A stretch of DNA of 64,000 nucleotides from Microthyrium microscopicum (Eukaryota): assembly GCA_010405405.1 (NCBI GenBank), contig MU004235.1, positions 634,538 through 698,537 on the forward strand, given 5' to 3'. This document shows positions 59,784 to 64,000 of the stretch, in pieces. The notes below the pieces were generated by a model. The model worked only from the letters and a program-made list of their open reading frames with translations. It searched no databases and was not told the DNA's origin. How positions within the stretch are numbered: the first letter of the stretch is position 1; each line of letters starts with the position of its first letter. Made by a program: the position numbers and the translations under genes.

Positions 59784-61310
59784 ATGACCAAGAAACGATA
59801 TGCCATCGTTGGCACAGGCAGTCGATCCGCGTTCTACTATAATGCGATTGCCTCCAAATATGAATCATCCTCGCAGCTGGTTGGACTTTGCGATACCAAT
59901 CAAACCAGGATGAAATTCGCCAACTCGGAACTGGCTAAGCTTGGTTACGATCCAGTGCCAACATTCCTCGCTACTGACTTTGATCGGATGATTGCTGAGC
60001 AGAAGCCAGATGAGATAATTGTTACCACAGTCGATCGAACACATAACACGTACATCGTCAGAGCATTAGAGCTTGGATGCGGCATCATCACGGAAAAACC
60101 GATGACTATTGATGCTCCTCGATGCAAAGAAATATGCGATGCAGTACAACAAACAGGGCAAAAAGTCCGCGTCGCGTTCAATTACAGATACTCCCCTCAC
60201 AACACAAAGGTCTACGACTTGATCCAGTCTGGGGCAATTGGAACGGTCACTAGCGTTCACTTCGAGTGGCTCTTAAATACATCACACGGTGCCGACTATT
60301 TTAGAAGATGGCATAGAGACAAACGCAACACTGGCGGATTACTTGTTCACAAATCAAGTCATCATTTTGACCTGGTCAACTACTGGCTCCAGACACGCCC
60401 TCAGACCGTGTACGCTCAGGGCCATCTGATGTTCTACGGTAAAGAGAATGCGGAAAAGCGCGGCATCACCACATTCTATAACAGGTCACACGGAAGCGAA
60501 GTGGCTAAAACAGACCCTTTTGCGATACATATGGAACAGCATCCAAAGCTCAAGGCTTTATATCTTGATGCTGAACACGAAGATGGGTATCTCAGAGACC
60601 AAAGCGTGTTCGGAGACGGAATCAGCATTGAAGATACTATGAACGTCATGGTCAAGTATCAGAATGGCGCAGTCATGACATATAGTTTGACTGCATATGC
60701 GCCTTGGGAAGGGTTCCGGGTCAACTTCAACGGAACCAAAGGCCGATGGCAGATGGAGGTAAGGTTCTACCGTGTTGAATCTCATATCTCGATGACTTTC
60801 GAAATATACCCTGCCCGGTGGTGCTATCCAGCGCGTTCATTGGCTCCCATAGAAAGTGTTTCTGATGGGGTGCTGTGGTTGCCACCAAATGCGCTGGGAG
60901 TTTCACTGTTTTACGGTCTTACGCCGACAAGGTCAAATGACCTTTTCAGGACGTATTAGCTCTGCGTGTAATGTTAGGCTAATACATTACAGGTGGTAGA
61001 AAACAGCTATGTCAGTTCTGGAGGAAAACAAACAGCGGAAGGTTCCTTGAAACATAAAAGCATTCTTCTCCGTCCCCTTTTCGAGAAGCCTCAAGAGATT
61101 GCGATCGCAGAGGGCACAGGATCTCATGGAGGCGGTGATGCTGTTCTGCTGGAAGATCTATTCGGCAATGCGTCTGATGATTATAAACGTGCGGCAGATC
61201 ATATCGATGGAGCATGGAGTATTGCGACTGGAATAGCTGCAAACACGAGTATCGCCACGGGGCAGCCAGTAGTAGTCGCTGACCTCCTACAAATTCCCGA
61301 AAGAAGTTAG
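59784..61310 (+). CDS. Gfo/Idh/MocA family NAD-dependent oxidoreductase (YteT-like); intron 60759-60992
   Basis: Motifs YAIVGTGSR, EKPM, AFNYRY, HGADYFRRWHR, GGLLVHKSSHHFDLVN, IEDTM and HGGGD. Confidence 0.93.
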
Positions 61311-62182
61311 ATTGATCTTGAATAAACGCGGCCGTTTGTCCATCCTTTCTTGCTCAGACTGGCGAAATATATGGCCCCATCCCATCAACAGCAATGTCTG
61401 CCACTCACCCTGATAAACAAAAGATGGTTCATTTCCCATTGTATTCAATGAATTGTCAAAGAACTCAACGTCTTCCTTGGGAAAAAAAACACGCGGTAGC
61501 ACTAATGGTGAATATCGTAGTGAATGGGCAAGACACTTATTTTGCCAATCCGTTATGAGTACGAGATGAGGTGACAGCATCCTAGAGCAAACGATCCATA
61601 GCCATGATCAGGTACAGATAGTGCTTTTGTCCTTGGCTTGATTATGAGTCCAATCTAACAGGAGGAAGCAGTATAAGGGATCAAGCCTAGTTGTTATTGA
61701 AGTACCTAGCTCTGTGCATAAAAACGCGGAGCCAACAGGCGGAAGCAGCTCGTCAGCTCCATATTCTTGTTCTTCTGCTGGCACGCCTTGCTTGCAAACT
61801 CATATGAAGCAGCATGCTTCTGTATACATGGCATCATAATATTCTGTCCGGCCGGTGGACCGAAATATGAAAGTTGTTGCTTTGCAACGTTCCTCGCAAC
61901 CTACCAGGCAACGGCAAACGCAACATGATGGATTCGCTCATGCCTGTAACCTTTGAACTGCCGCAAATTCCCTTAGATTGGAGAGAAAAAGATCCGAAAT
62001 GTGGTGTCGACCCTGAGCCAGCCTGAGATATTAAAACACATAACCACCGTGCCAGACATGCGAAATTGTAGATTTTGAAAAAATCGAAACTAGATGCTAG
62101 TGCTGTCGTCGCTCATGAAGATCAGTATGATAGCAAATATTCATTTGGCCGTCTCGTCATGGCGGAGGGCCCTGTACCGATG

Positions 62183-64000
62183 TCATGAAAGCCAGTGATA
62201 GTGGCCGTCCAGTCGATAATAGCTTCGTGTAATAGCGGGAGGAATTGGAGAATTCATCTGTGAATTTGGAACCTCATATAGGGTAGGCTGTGTTTGCTGA
62301 TAGTCTGTGCTAGGATAGGTGATTCGATGGGACTGGGTAAAGTGATGCTCTGGTATAGCCAAGTTATTTGGAAGATGTTCCCCTCCCGTCATGATTGGGA
62401 CACATTCACCAAACGAGGAATTCGCGCTATTTGTGTAAACTGTATTGCTCCAAGCCTCATCTGGAGCGTAATGTGAAAGCGGTGGCATCGATGTCATCTG
62501 GTCCAAACCGGGAGCCATGATTGTACCGGTATGGAGACAACCTTGTGGACTCACATCCTCCAATGTGTTGGGAAGATGATGCAAGGTGTCCACAACCAAA
62601 TCCATCCTTCTCGTGTGTGGGAGCTCGGGTAGTGCTGGGTGATGGAGCTCAATTGCGCCATGTTCTGAAACCGAGTCCGATAATTGCGTGTTGGTTTGCG
62701 TGTCCAAGATGAGGCTTCGGTATTCCCCTCGAGGAACCGATCGTGCCCGGGTAGATCGCGGAAGCCTCCTTTTGACCCACTTGCGTCTTAAAGGGGCTAC
62801 GGAGTTGGAGCCACCAGGTCTATTCTCCGAAAGCTCTTGGGATGAGGTTGAAGATGAGCTTGAAGGAGAAGAAACGCTACCAAAGTCTGATAATTCGGCT
62901 TCGTTATGAGATCTTTTCCTGGCTGCGGTGTCCTTGACGGTCGAGGTAGGCTCTTTTTCGCACAAAGTCGATTCCGTAAGACCAATGTTGCCATTGCCAT
63001 CTTCTAGAGACTCCTCTTTCACCTTGACTCTGGTAGACCTTCTCCCACCGACCCTTACGCACTTTGATTGTAACGTAATGTGAACCTTGTCAGTGAGATC
63101 TAGGTAGAGAAAATGAGCTCCGACCAAGATGTTCGATCAAAGTGAAACTTACCAGTATAGTCATTCAAGGCGTCTTGTATTTTGTTGCAGACAACACAGA
63201 GCTGTTTCAGAGCTTCCTTCCAGGCCTGGGCGCTTTCCCTTCTTTTTTGAATCTGCTCATCTCCCAAGTCTTTTGAGTTTGCATAGACCACATCGTTCTC
63301 AAGGGTTGGAATGATATGGACAATCTCACTAGTCAGCTTTTCCATGGCTGTAGTTTGATGCTTCACTTTCAAGCCTTCGTCTTCAAGTACAAACCAGAGC
63401 AGATGAGCTCCGAGTTGTTGACATTCATCCTTGTGCAGATGGTCTGGCTCCTTGTGCCGAATAGCCTTTGGCCACCAGGGCGGCTCTTGCATTCCACCTT
63501 CTCCTACGGCTCGACGTCTTTTGGAGCCTTTTTTCCGCTCCTCTTCATCTGAGTTGACATAAGGCCACTTCTTCTGCTTGTTGGGCTCGATAAACTTGAT
63601 GCTGATCTTTAGTAATGGCTTGACAACATTTTGAGGCATTCTTTGGAAAGATTCGAAAAAGAATTGGTTGAGTCCATCTTTGTCGTCTAGTCGGATACTT
63701 CGTCTTATTGGAGGCGCCTGCTGTGCGGGAACTGCTTTGGTACGGCGCTTCTCTGGCTCTGGGGAGACAACCGACCTTTTGAGGTCGACTGTGGGTTCCC
63801 GTAAACTTCTCTTCGACGGTTTTGCGGTCGAAAGACCTGGCGTTTTATGAAAGTTTGGTGTTGGGACAGAGTACATTGATGTCAAAGGATCAGCAACCAG
63901 GGTTCGAGAGTCGTTAGCTCTGTTGGGGACTAAGAGGTTTAGTTGATTCAGAGAAGACAGGGAACTGCAATAATATTTACCAGGTTGATCAACAACAGGC
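62183..64000 (-). CDS. DUF2841 / YDR124W-like helical-bundle protein (5' end outside window)
   Basis: KFIEPNKQKKWPY and PPWWP...RHKEPDHL.K.E. One intron at ~63100-63152 and another at ~63930-63980 show the gene continues beyond the window. Confidence 0.8.

Noticed and set aside
1..64000. CRISPR arrays, tRNA, rRNA, intact transposase/RT, secondary-metabolite backbone genes
   Set aside because: None seen. The DNA is fungal, with no regularly spaced repeats, cloverleaf signatures, or PKS/NRPS/transposase motifs.

Overview
Eukaryotic, gene-dense DNA from a filamentous ascomycete (Pezizomycotina-type genes, short GT-AG introns mostly 45-65 nt with CTAAC/CTGAC branch points). About 27 protein genes are supportable. 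Housekeeping genes: SMI1/KNR4 (partial), malate synthase, a CDF metal transporter, an AhpD/Pxp2-like protein, a Zn2Cys6 regulator, 2-methylcitrate dehydratase, Rrp43, a ferric reductase, CNL1, signal peptide peptidase, Ent3, SUR1, a 25-aa RPL41 missed by the ORF track, WAPL and RNase III. From about 41 kb the region is more accessory: a secreted tyrosinase paired tail-to-tail with a secreted intradiol dioxygenase, HsbA, several decayed ORFs, a frameshifted STAND-type-N-terminus/Cdc24-like GEF fusion beside a RIP-like AT-rich relic, and an SDR divergent from a Gfo/Idh/MocA oxidoreductase. Best candidates for something undescribed: (1) the tyrosinase + intradiol dioxygenase pair sharing Gly/Phe inserts and KGKG tails; (2) the PB1-less Cdc24 paralog carrying an NLR-type N-terminal domain; (3) repeated sharp C/A-to-G/T strand-skew switches that ignore gene orientation. 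I recognised no tRNA, rRNA, CRISPR array or intact transposon. All family calls come from motifs read by eye, not from database searches.
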